Part shown: positions 1 through 12,815 of the stretch, in pieces
How the letters are laid out: each line of letters begins with the position of its first letter
Numbering within the stretch: the stretch's first letter is position 1
NCBI RefSeq assembly: GCF_001194135.2
Contig: NC_068984.1
Span: 131,725,301-131,789,300 of the forward strand
From: Octopus bimaculoides
Taxonomy: Eukaryota
Direction of reading: 5' to 3'
Length of the DNA stretch: 64,000 nt
Made by a program: the position numbers and the translations under genes
Notes under the pieces: model-generated
Database searches by the model: none
Told to the model about the DNA's origin: nothing
What the model saw: the letters and a program-made list of their open reading frames with translations, nothing else

Positions 1-689
1 ATTAACTTGATGCTACATAACTAATGAGTTACTAGATTTTATTGCATTGCTTGAACGCAGACAATATTCACCTTTTTGAATAAGCAAAATGTTTTTTAAT
101 GTGGCTATAAAACTTATCTACACCATACTTTGATATTTATGTATGTAATGAAAGACAAACAGTGGGATTTGGCCTATGCCTTTAGAATATTAATTTTGTA
201 AATCAATCTTACAGTAAATAACACATTTTATATTTTGGTGGGCACTGAGTATTTAAATAACAATCTTTCTTTTAGTAAATCTGTAGAATTTACATGCAAT
301 CTTAAAGTGGGAAAAATATTTCTACCTTTTATTGTTGAGATACTTTTTGTTAGCATTTTGAAAATAAACTCAACAGAAGCTGAAAATTTTAGTCAATAAG
401 CTATTTGGTTTACACAAGCATCTTTGTCAGAGACTTTGAGAGTCAGAGTGGTGCATACTAAAATAGAAGAATATCACTTAATACTTAGGCTGTACACCTA
501 TTAAATAAATCTTTTCCTGTGTCTAATTTGCATTATTGAAATAGTTGCACCTTCCCACCTTGTCATGGTTCACTTTTGTTTCCTTTGTCTCATTTTGTCT
601 TGCAGTAGTCAGTGGATAATTAGTAAATTCAATACAATGGTTGATACTCTTCATTTTCATGTTTTGTTATTTAATCATTATATTCGTTA

Positions 690-1992
690 CAGGGGTTGGA
701 CAAAATAATGGAAGCATCTAGCATCATAATTTTGAAATATCTATAAAACCGACAAAAGCTTGTTTATTTTTATGCTTTTTGATTTATTATTAGTGTTGCT
801 TAATAGGTTTTGCTAAAATTGTTGCTTCTTTTCAGATGTCATCAGAAAAAGGTAATTAGAATTCATTAAAATGACAGCTCTATCAGACTTTCAAAGAGGT
901 TAAATTGTTGGTGCTCGTATGTCAGGCGCTAGTGTAACGAAAACAGCTGAAATGTTTGGTGTATCAAGAAGCACTGTCTCGAAAGTAATGACAGCCTTTG
1001 AGAAAGAGGGAAAAAACCTCCTTGTCAAAACAAAACTCCAGAAGAAAACCAAAACTTTCAGATAGGGACCATTGGACTCTTATGTGAATTGTTAGAAAGG
1101 ATCACAAAAGTACAGCTCCCAAAATTACTGCAGAGCTTAATGACCACCTCGAGAACCCAGTTTCCACAAAAACTGTTCGCTGGGAGCTGCACAAAGCCAG
1201 ATTTCACAGGAGAGCTGCAATCAGAAAACCACTACTTTCAAGAACAAATGTTGCAAAGCATTTAAAGTGGAGTAAAAACCTACAGAATTGGTCCCTAGAA
1301 CAGTGGAAGAATGTTATTTTCTCAGATGAGTCATCCTTAACCTTATTTCCAACCACCAGCTGAGTATACGTGTGGAGACAACCAAAAGAAGCATTTGACC
1401 CAGACTGCCTNNNNNNNNNNNNNNNNNNNNNNNNNNNNNNNNNNNNNNNNNNNNNNNGTTAAAAATGGAGGAGGATCTGTGATGATCTGGGGTGGGGGGC
1501 TATATCTTGGAAATCTGCCAGCCCAATGGTTTCCCTTCATGGCAGAATTAATAGTCAAGACTATTTAAGTATTTTATCTGATCAAATTCATCACATGGTT
1601 GCAGAACTGTTTCCAGAGGAAACGCAATCTTTCAGGATGATAATGCACCAATTCACACAGCTAAAGTTGTTACTGAATAGCACAAGGAACATTCTAGTGA
1701 AGTTGAACATCTTAACTGGCCACCACAGTTCCCAGATCCCAATATTATTGAACATTTATGGTGCATTTTAGAAAAACAAGTAAGGAGTCGATATCCTCCA
1801 CCATCATCACTACAAGAGCTGGAGACTGTTTTAGCTGAAGAATGAAAATTCCTTTGGAAACAATTCAAACTTTGTACGAGTCCATACCTTGTAGAATTCA
1901 AGCTGTAATTAGTGCCAAAGGCGGTCCTACACCATATTAAAATAAATTTGTTTGAAATTTTAAGGGATTTCCATTATTTTGACCAACCCCTG
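690..1992 (+). mobile_element. Tc1-family DNA transposon (DD36E spacing), full-length fossil
   Basis: 24-bp TIRs caggggttggacaaaataatggaa (690-713) and ttccattattttgaccaacccctg (1969-1992), 1 mismatch; TA on both sides (688-689, 1993-1994); internal transposase remnant. Confidence 0.93.
871..1940 (+). pseudogene. Disrupted Tc1 transposase
   Basis: MTALSDFQRG*IVGARMSGASVTKTAEMFGVSRSTVSKVM (paired-like HTH), VIFSDES, FQDDNAPIH...WPPQFPDPNIIEHLW, ending GGPTPY*. Has stops, frameshifts and an N gap at 1411-1457. Confidence 0.9.
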
Positions 1993-2414
1993 TATATCAC
2001 ATATTCACTGTTGTCTGTCAGATCTCCCTATAACTGTTTCTCTCTCAACATTTGATGTTCTAAAGCTACCCCCAAATATGAACAATAAAAGAAATGTATA
2101 TATTCATAACTTCAGTGGTTATCATATTCGATTAATAGAGCATAAGCGATTGATGTGATTAGGATTGTATTATTTTTAACTCCTACCTGTCTTATTCTGA
2201 CTCATTGTAATATAGACACAAATATTCTGTGATAGGAATGACTTAACACAAGACTTTACTTTCTTTTTTACCTCTCTATCCAGCCAATGCCACCAACAAA
2301 AAATGGACATGAAAAGTAGTTTCTGATTTTAGTTATTTATTACTCAGTCATCAAGAATGAAATTTGTAGAAAAGAAAAAAGTTTGCTAATGTTTTATAAA
2401 TACAAGGAATAGTT

Positions 2415-3556
2415 TTATTCATCAAAGTATGCACCCATATTGTCAATAAAATCTTGGAAGGCATGTTTTACAGCATCGTCGGAATTGAATTTTTTCCTAT
2501 CAAGAAGTTATCCAAATTATGGAAGAAATGATAGTCAGTGGGGGCAAGATCAGGTGAGTGTGGTGGATGATGGAGAACTTCCAACTCCAACGCCTGTGGT
2601 TTCACCAATATCACTTTTGCGCTGTATGGTTTGGCGTTGTCTTGCAATAAAATAGGAGTGGATCTTTTGACTAATCTAGGCTGTTTTTCTGTAAGTTTCT
2701 ACAGTATACTTTGGCCGTGATTGATGAGTCAGGTTTAATGAAATCATAATGGATCACACCTGTGCCAGACCACCAACACTTTTGATGAATTTTGCTTTTT
2801 GGACTGTGTTTTGGTGGTTCATCTTTGTCCAACCATTGTGCTGAACATTTACAGTTCTTGTATTGAATCTACTTCTCATCACATGTTATAGTTCGATTAA
2901 AAAATGATTCGTTTTTGGGACAAGAAAGTAGCATAATGCAGGCTTCCAAATGTTGCTGTTTCTCATTTTCATTGAGTTCATGTGGAACCCACTTATCCAA
3001 CTTTTTCACTTTACTGATTTGAACTAGGTGAGTCAATATTGTTTGCTTGCTATCACCAAACAATAATAATTCACGGGCACTTTGAGATGGATCTGACTCG
3101 ACGGTAGCTTTCAGTTCGTCGCTATTCAGATTTGTTTCTGGTCGACCGCGTTGCTCATTTGTGAGGTCAAAGTTACCAGAACGAAATTTTGCAAACTAAT
3201 TTGATACTGTTTGCTGTGTAATTACATCATCATCATCGTCGTCGTCGTTTAATGTCCGCTTTCCATGCTAGCATGGGTTGGACGATTTGACTGAGGACTG
3301 GTGAAACCGGATGGCAACACCAGGCTCCAATCTGATTTGGCAGAATTTCTACAGCTGGATGCCCTTCCTAACGCCAACCACTCCGAGAGTGTAGTGGGTG
3401 CTTTTATGTGTCACCCGCACGAAGGCCAGTCAGGGCGGTACTGGCAACGGCAACATTAGAATAAAATACTCCATTAATATTCTGAGCTGTCTGTGATGCT
3501 GTATTTCTAAGAAAGAACTCGTATTTCAAAACTGTACGAATTTATGACTTATCCAT
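2415..3556 (-). pseudogene. Disrupted mariner transposase
   Basis: MDKS*IRTVLKYEFFLRNTASQTAQNINGVF, WVPHEL, TITCDEK, LLQDNAKPY...HSPDLAPTDY (34 residues between D2 and D3), ending GAYFDE*. Short C-terminal deletion. Confidence 0.9.
3225..3451 (-). mobile_element. Young retroposon (working family C, LINE-tail/SINE-like) inserted in the mariner ORF
   Basis: (GAC/GAT)n tail; about 10 differences in about 210 bp from the copy at 48925-49160; mariner frame resumes on both sides (…FYSNV | ITQQTVSN…). Confidence 0.85.
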
Positions 3557-4516
3557 CTCTAAACAAAAATTAAAAAAACGATTTATAAATACTTTATAAA
3601 GCGCAAAACGAGTTAGAATAAAGGAACAGATGTGTCAGCCTTCTAACAAAAAAATAAAGATTGTCAAAACATAATACAAATTTCATACTTGACGATCTAG
3701 TATTATTACATTACTAGTAATCTCAAGTTTTTGTTATTAATTTTACATTAATGCTAATCTAAGGTTTGCTGCACTGTAAATACAATACAAGCAGATTAAC
3801 AATAATTTGCATCTCATAATCGCATAAGTAATTGACTAAGGAATTTCCCAGTAGCATTCTTAGTAAATCTTCAAAGTAGGAAACTCAAACAGCAATGATA
3901 ATTTTTTTCCCTTTTTTAGTTTTGTTCTCTCCTAATTTGCAGCTTTAGATAAACTATGAAATGCATTATAATCATTCTCCTTTTGACGAGGATGATTTAG
4001 TAACTTTCTATTTGGTTTTACACTTGACTAATTATTTACTTGAGACAAACAGATGCTTACTCCTGTCTCACAATTCACTACTCAAGCAAACTATGGAAAA
4101 CCATTATAAGTAGCACAAGTTGTTAATTGGTGCAAGCAAACCTCAAAAAGGGCTTGGAAAAATTTTCCAGGCATATTATCACAAATTAATCTAAAATAGT
4201 CTTCATTGATGAAACAACAAAAAAACAAATTACTACATTTCGATAGACAAATTCTTTTTGTTAGAAAGACATTAATGAATTTATATGTGTAATCTATTGT
4301 ATTTGCTTGTCAAGTGGTTCCTGATAGGAGAAGTGAACTATAGAAACCATGCCAAAATAATGGAACATACAAGTGAGATGTGGTCCTCATCAAATTCAGG
4401 GAAACTAATTCTGAGTAAGAATTGACTTGAACAAGTTCCACACAAGCAAGCATAGAAAAGCAGATAAACTGATGTAAAATGATGATTGTGTGTGTGTGTG
4501 TGTGTGTGTATGTACA

Positions 4517-5732
4517 CAGTGGGTGTGAGAGGTATTTGAGGATATATTTGGTAATTTAATAAAACAAATCTAACCCTATAAAAAAAATATATATATTTTT
4601 TCATAAAAATTTGTGCACATCTTGATAAACTCTTTTTTATAAGATAACCATATGAATCTGCCTTCAGCTTTGGCAAGTGCTTCAAAACAGGACCACAGTC
4701 ATTGACATACTGCACTAAATGGTCCTTGTTCATTTTGGACATCACCTGGACAATGGCAGCCTTCAATGAAGCTATGGTATTGTGAGGATGTCAATAAATC
4801 GCTCCTTCAAGACTGCTCCAAAGATAGTAGTTTGTGGGATTTAAATCTGGTGAGTTTGGAGGCCACGAATTTGGTGCTACATGATCATAAAGATTGTCTG
4901 ACATCTAATGTTGAGTTATGTGAGCCTTATGAGATGTTGAGTCTTGTTGAAGCACATATGACCTTTCACTGTATACTTCATCCATCCCAGAATAAATGTC
5001 TTCAGCACCTCAACCTATCCAGCAGCATTAATTTTACAACCCTCTGGCATGACATCTTTGTTACTCACCACTCCTAAAATCATCACAGTTGCTGGAAACT
5101 TAGTGTGAATCACTCTGGGAACATCAGGAGCTGCACATTACCTTGTCAGTTCTCCTGTTAGGCTTTTGGTTTTGGTCAAAGTTTTTCTCATCAGAGAACA
5201 AAAGCATATTATGCTCATAAAGGTTTTTAACCATGTTAAGTTACCACTTGGCATGGATCAAACTGTTTTCTTATGTCTTTGCAGACATGAATTGGCTTCT
5301 CCTCAGTGCACACGACTTACATTGAAGGTCCTTGTGAAACATTGTTCTAAAAGTCCACTCTGACACCTAAAGTTATTTTGTTAATGGCCTTCATTGATTT
5401 TCTGGGATCATCGTCAATAATGTTTTGGACCTGTTAGATGAATTATATTGTCTTTATAGTGTCTGTTCAGTTTTTTTTTTTTCTCTTTGATACATTTCAA
5501 ACATTCTTACCAGAAGCTTCATTCTATCTGATCTTTGAGCAGAAAAGATCTGTAACATTTAGAAAGTTGTCAGTTTCTAAATCACTGTGTTCTGCATATA
5601 TGGCAACAGTGACTGCATATGTTTATTATTTTATCTGCCATGGGGATCTGATAAAATAAAAACTTTTTAACTAGTTTGAAGAGAATAACATACTGATAAT
5701 TAAGTGTCCTCAAATACCTCACACACCCGCTT
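4517..5732 (-). mobile_element. maT-like (DD37D-type) Tc1/mariner-superfamily transposon fossil
   Basis: TIRs cagtgggtgtgagaggtatttgagga (4517) and tcctcaaatacctcacacacccgctt (ends 5732), TA at 5733-5734. Confidence 0.85.
4640..5620 (-). pseudogene. Disrupted maT-like transposase
   Basis: IIDDDPRKSMKAI, FSDEKNFDQ, LQQDSTSHKAHITQ, WPPNSPDLNPTNYYLW (SPDLNPxDY-type third-D motif, here D>N; 36 residues, one short of DD37D), SLKAAIVQVM. Confidence 0.8.
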
Positions 5733-5763
5733 TATATTGCTGAAGGCCATATCTTATTTTTTT

Positions 5764-6120
5764 ATTCTTTTACTTGTTTCAGTCATTTGACTGCAGCCAT
5801 GCTGGAGCACCAGCTTTAGTTGAACAAATCAACCCCAGGACTTATTTTACCACTCTTTTGCTGATCTGCTTAGTTACAGAGATGTCAACACACCAACATC
5901 AGTTGTCAAGCAATGGTGGTGGGGTACAAACAAATATATATATATATGTGTGTGTGTGTATGATGGGCTTCTTTCAGTTTCCATCTGCCAAATCCACTCA
6001 CAAGGCTTTGGTTGGCCTGAGGCTATAGTAGAAGACACTTGTCCTAGGTGTCACACTGTGGGGTTGAACCCAGAACCATGTGGTTGGGAAGCAAGCTTCT
6101 TACCACACAGCCAAATCTGC
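5764..6120 (-). mobile_element. tRNA-headed SINE, working family A'
   Basis: Minus-strand head ggctgtgtggtaagaagcttgcttcccaaccacatggttctgggttcaacc shared with many copies in the window; 3' end gctccagcatggctgcagtcaaatgactgaaacaagtaaaa. Confidence 0.85.
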
Positions 6121-6943
6121 TCCTATGTTCACTTAGTATGTATGACTTTTTCATACAAGTTTTTCATTATAAAAGCTCATTCTAAGCAAAACATACTACA
6201 AATGACTCTCAATGTAATCTATTATTCTCAGTGTCTCACATTACCTTAAGGCTCCTAATTGAAAATGGTTTCTAGTTCATCACTTGCACCTTGCTTTCTC
6301 CCCTCTCTCTTATAAATATATGTGTAGGCTTGAAATATCAATGACTCTTCCATTTTTCTGAGTTAATATACCTTGTTTGTTGTTCTCTCACCTGTTTTTT
6401 GTTTTTGTACAATTTTGAATCATATAAACAATTTTTTGCTAGCTTACACCCATTATTTTATGCTTGCATGAATGCAGTGATGTTTTGCTTGACCAACATT
6501 TTTGCAAGTGGTTGCTCTTTCTTCTTCTGACATACCAACAATGAAATAGTGGGTGAAGTTTTAAGTCAGTGAAGCAAATTAGTTCGGGTAGAATTAGGTG
6601 TCATACTTGGAGGTACACTGTATTGACTTGTGTAAAATTTGAACTTATGAGCACTTGGTAAGTAGTTCAGCACATTAAACTTATAGAAGGATAGGTTGTA
6701 TTCCATCTTATGTGACTCTACTCAGGAGGCTGTAGTATTATTTGATAGGAACACAGTTTAAAGAAATACATGGAACAAGATGGTAACTTTAAATGTCTTT
6801 AAATGCCGGCGACACACATATATATGCACAAGCTGAATGATAAATGTAAGTGGTTAATGGACATTTATTCATATATCTACATGCATCTGCGTGGGTTGTA
6901 TGTTTGCTGTTAACCTTTGTGAGGAAGCTCATGAACAGTGATA

Positions 6944-7411
6944 TGTTAGAACTAGTGCTGTGTTGAGATGTTGTTGACGACATTAGTGAGAGACATGATG
7001 GTGGTAACAAAGATGGAGGTCACTGAAATGTGGTCAGTGGTTAAACCTTAGAAGGTCTGGAACCAACAGACCCTGAGACTAGGAGGAGGTGAGTTTTTAT
7101 AGCTAATGGTAGGCTCAAATGGAGTTTAGAACAGATTGTCTCACGTGATTTATTTGGAGGCTGCGATTGGTTAGGTTGCATATTGGCGCATGATAAAGTA
7201 AGAGACAAATTGCGTCAATACCAACTAATCAGAGTGGTAGACACAATGGGGTCCAAAACAGCACCCAAAGGTTAGCTGATACCTGCTATGTTCATACGTA
7301 TGTATATGTAATAGAGAGAAGTGGTTCGCTAGAGTTCGCTACAAACTCATCGTCACCGTGTCTCTTTGAAGAATTTTGTTTTAAAAGATAAATTATAATA
7401 AATTAATATCA
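6944..7411 (+). mobile_element. Solo-LTR-like unit
   Basis: Begins TG, ends CA, AATAAA shortly before the end, CCAAT-like motifs; flanks gtgata/gtgact form only an imperfect TSD. Confidence 0.4.
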
Positions 7412-7537
7412 GTGACTGAAACAAGTTAAAGACGTTAGCATTTTACTGTAAATCTACTTTCAAAATATTTTTCTTTCTGCTTGCAATATAGAATTAAGTT
7501 GAATATTATTTTCTTTATTATATTTTATTTTATTAAC

Positions 7538-7730
7538 ACAGCAAGCTAGTAGAATTGTTAGCAAGCCAGACAAACTGCCTAACAGCATTTTATCCATCTT
7601 TACATTTTGAGTTCAAATTCCACTGAAGTCAAACTTTTCCATTCCCTTTCAGGGATCACTGAAATAAGTATCAGTTGAACACTGAGATCATTGTAGTTAA
7701 CTTATTCCCTCCCTAAAAATTGCTGCTAAA
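7538..7730 (+). mobile_element. SINE, working family B
   Basis: gagttcaaattccactgaagtcaaac...ccctttcagggatcactgaaataagtatcag, homologous to the 22-kb copies. Confidence 0.75.
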
Positions 7731-8154
7731 AATAACGTTTTTTTTTCTTCTGTCATTTCTTTACATCATACACTGCCAATGAGCCAACACCATATTTTTC
7801 ACACAAGGTTGTCATTGATGTATTACTCTCTGTTTTTTTTTCAGTATTAATACTTTTTGTAACAGAGTTAATGTCAAATATTGATGTTTGGCTTTGTTAG
7901 TACCACTTGTAATAATTGCTTATCTCCAGAGGAATATTTAGGTGTGAACTATCAGTTAAAAAGTTAATAGCTGTTCCTATTTTCGCAGCATCAACCATTG
8001 TAAATAAACTGTGGTGGATGTAAACAATACAAGAGACTGGTGGTACCACAGCTGTTGTGGTCAGGCAAAATAATGCCTTCAAGCTTCATATCAACATCCT
8101 AAACCATCAAAGCTGCCAGGTGTGAGGTTCAATCCTGTATAGTAAATCATGTTA

Positions 8155-8487
8155 TTTTTCTGATGTCCGTCTATTTTTCTTTGTATGCATGGGTTGGACA
8201 GGATATTTTGTGGCCAGATACCCTTTCTGTCACCAAGCAAGGTAATATTTTCCCATAGCATGACATGTTCTCACAGAATTTTGGAAAGGAATGACAGTGA
8301 CAATCATTTCACAGTTATCATGCGATGTCAAGACAAGAACACACACACATATGATGGGTTTCTTTCAGTTTCCATCTACTAAATCCACTTACAAAGCTTT
8401 GGTTATCTTGGGGCTATGTGGTGGGATTGAACCAGGAACTGTTTGGCTGGGAAACTAACTTCTTACCACACAGCCACATCTGCACCT
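8155..8487 (-). mobile_element. SINE, family A
   Basis: cttcttaccacacagccacatctgcac head end; ctttcagtttccatctactaaatccac core. Confidence 0.75.
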
Positions 8488-10027
8488 AATGTTTATGAAA
8501 TTTGATTTCTTCTTTAATGATATTTCTCCTATCTGTTGCTTATGCAATTATTGACAATATTATCAGGTTATTTCCTTTCTCAAACAATAAGAAAAGGTAT
8601 GTTTCTATGAGTAATATAAGAATAAATACAATTTTCATAAATCATTTTAACTGAAATCATTTGTGAAAATTGGAAATATAATATATTCAGAGTTATTATA
8701 TCCAGATCATGTTTTGAGAAAATGTTGCAACACACAAAACAGATGTTTTCCTGAAATTTCTTTTTATGTATTGTCAAGGGGTGAAAGGGGCCATATATGT
8801 TCCATTGTATAAAAATGCATGTAAGGAATTCATCTGATGTTGTTGCTTTCACAACAATCCAATGATTTTATTAGTAATGTTGTATTAAGTTCTGAGTTCA
8901 ATTCCCATCCAAATTGATTTTGTTTGCCATCCTTTTTGAGGTGGGATGTCTATAAAATAACTGACTGTTAAATAGTGAGATTGATAAAATCAATTTCTCT
9001 CAAAATTTGTGGCCAAAGTTGGGGGTGGGGTGGGGGAATAAATAAATAGGCAGTTTCCGTTTTCTTTCTAGATTCTATGCTGCAGCTTGCTGACTTTAGG
9101 TAGCAATCATGGTGGAGATGAGGTTGTGGGGAAAATTTCTACAAGTGATTTTTGAGTCCAAAATATATACACTTGTTCCATTGCATTCTCAGGCCTTGCA
9201 TTTCTGGGTGACAAACACTACACATTTATGAACCCACTATTAATGATGCTAAATGATAGTTGAGACTTCTTTTTACAAGTGTTATTTTGATTGGTCCATC
9301 TGTTTTTCTTTCATGAAGAGAAATCTATTTTCTCCACATTACCAAAGGAAGATAAATGGACTAATCAACATGACCCTTTCTAAGTCTATTAGGGATAATA
9401 CCTATTTCTGTTGGTATTATTATGTATCTTCTTTAGTTGCTAAATATTTGCAGTCTCTCTTAATTCTTTACATTTCTTTCTCCTTTATACCGATTCTAGA
9501 GTCTCCCATGAGTTGTAATATCAGTTATTTTCACATTATTTTGGATTTGTTGTTCACTATTATAATATTGGGTTTCCAACTATCTTTTTAGTGTCACATA
9601 CCAACCAATTTTAATGTCATTAAAAAATTAGTGTTTCTACTATTTATCTCATTTTAAATTTTCCTTGCTCACATAAGTTGGATGGGTTGTCGTGGTCTAA
9701 TTCCTTTCTTTCTCTGTGTACTGGTGAGTTTATAAAGTATAATTACAGTAATAAGAGTAAATAAGATTCATTTATCAAACCTTTGAATAGAGATGAAAGC
9801 ATGTCTCAGAATGCATTTTTAAATGTGAGTTGCACAGCTTCCAAACTACAGGGACTAATTGAAATAAAAACTCAGCTTTGAGACATGAAATTGATGTCCA
9901 GGAATTGATGTATTGTAAATATATGTGGAAGCCTCATGATACCAATTTGTTTGGGCAGGTGAAAGTGACATGACATTAGATAAAAAAAAAAAAAAACCAA
10001 ATTCACAACAATCATTATAGTATCTCG

Positions 10028-10190
10028 TGTGAAGGCAGCAAGCAGATCAACAGTGTTGTCTCAACATTGGCTGGAATATACCTTGCAGTGTTTGTTCCTG
10101 TTCTCCAAGCTGTTAGTTCAAGTCCCACCAAGGTCAACTTTGCCTTCCATTCTTTGGGATTAAGAAAAAGAAGTATCAATATTAGACGAT
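10028..10190 (+). mobile_element. SINE, family B
   Basis: gttcaagtcccaccaaggtcaactttgccttccattc core. Confidence 0.7.
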
Positions 10191-10488
10191 GGATTGGCAA
10201 AACTGTTAAAGCATCAGATGCAATGGCTTGTAGTGTCTGTTTCAGTACATTGTGTTGTGACAGCAATACTTACAATGGACACTGGTGCCAAGTTCTATCC
10301 AACCTAAAACAGTAGTCTATGGATAACATTAGTAATGTGGTGAGTGGTGACTTGCATACATGGACAACAACTGCTAATGTTCTTATAAAAAAACTTTACC
10401 CAGACCTGCACATACAGATGAATGATTAACCCTGATTAACCAAGATCTGTGTGTTTTTTTATGTTTATGTATGTCTTTGTGCATGTGT

Positions 10489-10599
10489 AAAGGTGTGAAG
10501 GAAACGAATTACAAATCCAACAGCTGTTTCTAGGGTTTCAGCAATCCACAATAATGTCTGTAGGGACTGTTGGATTTGTAGTTCTTTTCCTTCACCTTT
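10489..10599. mobile_element. Small fold-back/MITE-like element
   Basis: Arm aaaggtg(tg)aaggaaacgaattacaaatccaacag pairs with ctgttggatttgtagttcttttccttcaccttt (about 33 bp, 2 mismatches, 2-nt bulge). Confidence 0.7.
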
Positions 10600-11365
10600 T
10601 TAATTTATTATATCATGTATAAAAGTGTGTGTGTGAACATGTCTATATCAGTTCATATGTATATGTGCCTGTGTATATATATAGAAATGTATATGTGGGT
10701 GTATATTTGTTATATGTGCATGTATATACATGTATGTATATGTGTGTGCAAATATATACTTGAGTGTGTGTGTGTGTGCATGTATATACATGTGTGTATT
10801 TGCGTATTACTAGTGTAATTCAACAACAAAGCAAAAAACCATCACTTTACAAATGGAGTTTTTGAAAGTATTTGTTCTGTATCTAATTACAGACACTCCC
10901 TTGTGACTATCACCACCAGAAATGTAGAGAATTAAAAGTTGGCCCTCTGGAAATCTGTAACTAATGACTGTTATTTTCTCTTTTGTAAAATAAATAAATG
11001 ATTTAGTTCAGTTTTAGTATGGATGATAGAAAGAGACAGGTGCATCAGATGAGATGCAGCTAAAAGCAAGCACATTGTTGTGGCAATTGAAGAACTATAG
11101 GAAGAAGATAGCATGTCAAACAACTAGTAGTTGTAGCTGTTGGTGAGTAAGATAGCTTGCTTTAGTAATGGATTTGAACAAAAACAACTCTTGCTTCATT
11201 CGTTAGCTTCAGAATAATTATAATAAAGATTAAAATATTTTACATCATCTAACAGCTGAAAATATTGCTATTATCTCTCTGTAAGAATGGGTTTAAATGA
11301 TGGTGATTTTTAAGGTGGGGAAGACTGAAGACAGCAGTAATACAACATAAGCATTGCTTATATTA

Positions 11366-11830
11366 TATCATCATCATCATCATACATCCAAGCATGGGTT
11401 CATCAATGGATTGTCACATTTCTAGTTATTTCTCACTGGGAACCTCTGTTCTCATAGACTAGTGCTTGTACATGTCATCTTGGCCTTATTTCTATGGCTG
11501 GATGCCCTTCCTGTAACCAAACTTTTTCTACACATCTTCCTTTTACAGAATGTACAGGGTGCATTTTCTCAGGGCACCAACACTAGAAAGGTTGTGAAGT
11601 TCTCTGTGCGATAGAGCTAAAGAATCTTTGCATCCATATGCTTTCTCTGCTCATTTGCCATCCATGTACCTAGTGCATTTTTTTGTGACACCAGCACTAG
11701 AGAGGCAGTTAATCCACCATGAGATAGGACTAATGAGACTGCTCGGTCATATTTTACCTCTGCTCGCTGTTCATTCTACAAGGTGCATAGAAGAGTGTAG
11801 CTTCCACCTTGGCTCCAGCACAGTAGAAGT
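11366..11830 (-). mobile_element. Family C composite retroposon (degenerate)
   Basis: (CAT)n tail, ggctggatgcccttcct motif shared with 3225-3451. Confidence 0.65.
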
Positions 11831-12815
11831 GCCTTGTACACTTTAAGTTTAGAGAGTACTTAGTATTCTAAGCCATGTATTTTTCTCAGGTAATGTAACT
11901 GAAGAAAGAAACGATTTAGAGAACGACGACAACAAAAGGCCAGAATGGACAGTTGAAAGAAGCAAGAATATGATGGCAGAGATAAAGTTATTAGGGTAGA
12001 GACAGAAGAGGAGTGATAGGCAATAGCAGAGACAAAGGCAAGTATAGGTAATGGGTAACAATAGAAATGACTAAGAGGAGAGAGAGAGAGAGAGAGAGAG
12101 GGTGATACAGAATACAATGCAGATACAATACAGAAAGGGTGGAGTATATTGGGTACAGGTGGTTTAATGCAGTGTCTTACACATAGGCCTGTGAAGTGTG
12201 AGAGAGGAAGAATGATAAAAATGATGGAATGTGATAACTGATAAGGAATTGAATGCTTTTAGGCTTCATACCATTCATTGTTATGCAAACAACACTTTTT
12301 GAACTCATCTTCAATAAAAAAAAAAACATAAAACAAAGAAAAAAGAAATTGGTGGTGTGTAATTTATATGTGAGGCTAGGAAATCTTGTGCAAGAAATTT
12401 CATCATAATCACAAGCAGCTATTATAATGAATGTTGAATCACATGATCACATATTGCCTATAATTGCAGCTACCACGAATAAAATAAATACTGTGTTTTA
12501 CTCAGTAGAAAAATTAAACCAGAAAGTGTTCCTCTAGGTCTGGTATTTTAAGCATTCTCATTGACACACTGGGAAGAGGTCAGTAGCTAGTGTGATGCAT
12601 TGAAGTATATTAGTGATGGAGTTGATGGTGATGATGAATTCAGCTCAGTTTCTGAAAGTAACTGGTATGGAAAAATAAAAAACCCAAAATAGTGAGTGAA
12701 AATCAAGAGAGGAAAAAAATGATTGGAGTTTGTACATCAGGTTGTAAATGTGATAGGTATGACAGAGTAGAACTTTATCCCCATTATCAAGCATTTCTAT
12801 AATGGTTGCTACTAA

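Larger units (their letters stand above)
2343..3700 (-). mobile_element. mariner (DD34D) transposon fossil interrupted by a SINE-like insertion
   Basis: Imperfect ends tactcagtcatcaagaatgaaatttgt (2341) vs acaaatttcatacttgacgatctagta (ends 3702), including the flanking TA; mariner transposase between them. Confidence 0.88.

Noticed and set aside
340-450. Cadherin-like TLTLKVSDKDACVNQIAY on the minus strand
   Set aside because: Too short, spacing does not fit the cadherin DxDxGxNxxIxY motif, ends in a stop, and Octopus-type protocadherin ectodomains would give a long ORF.
9072-9099. Kinase DFG-like LQLADF
   Set aside because: The next codon begins AG (Arg/Ser), not Gly, and no other kinase motif was found.
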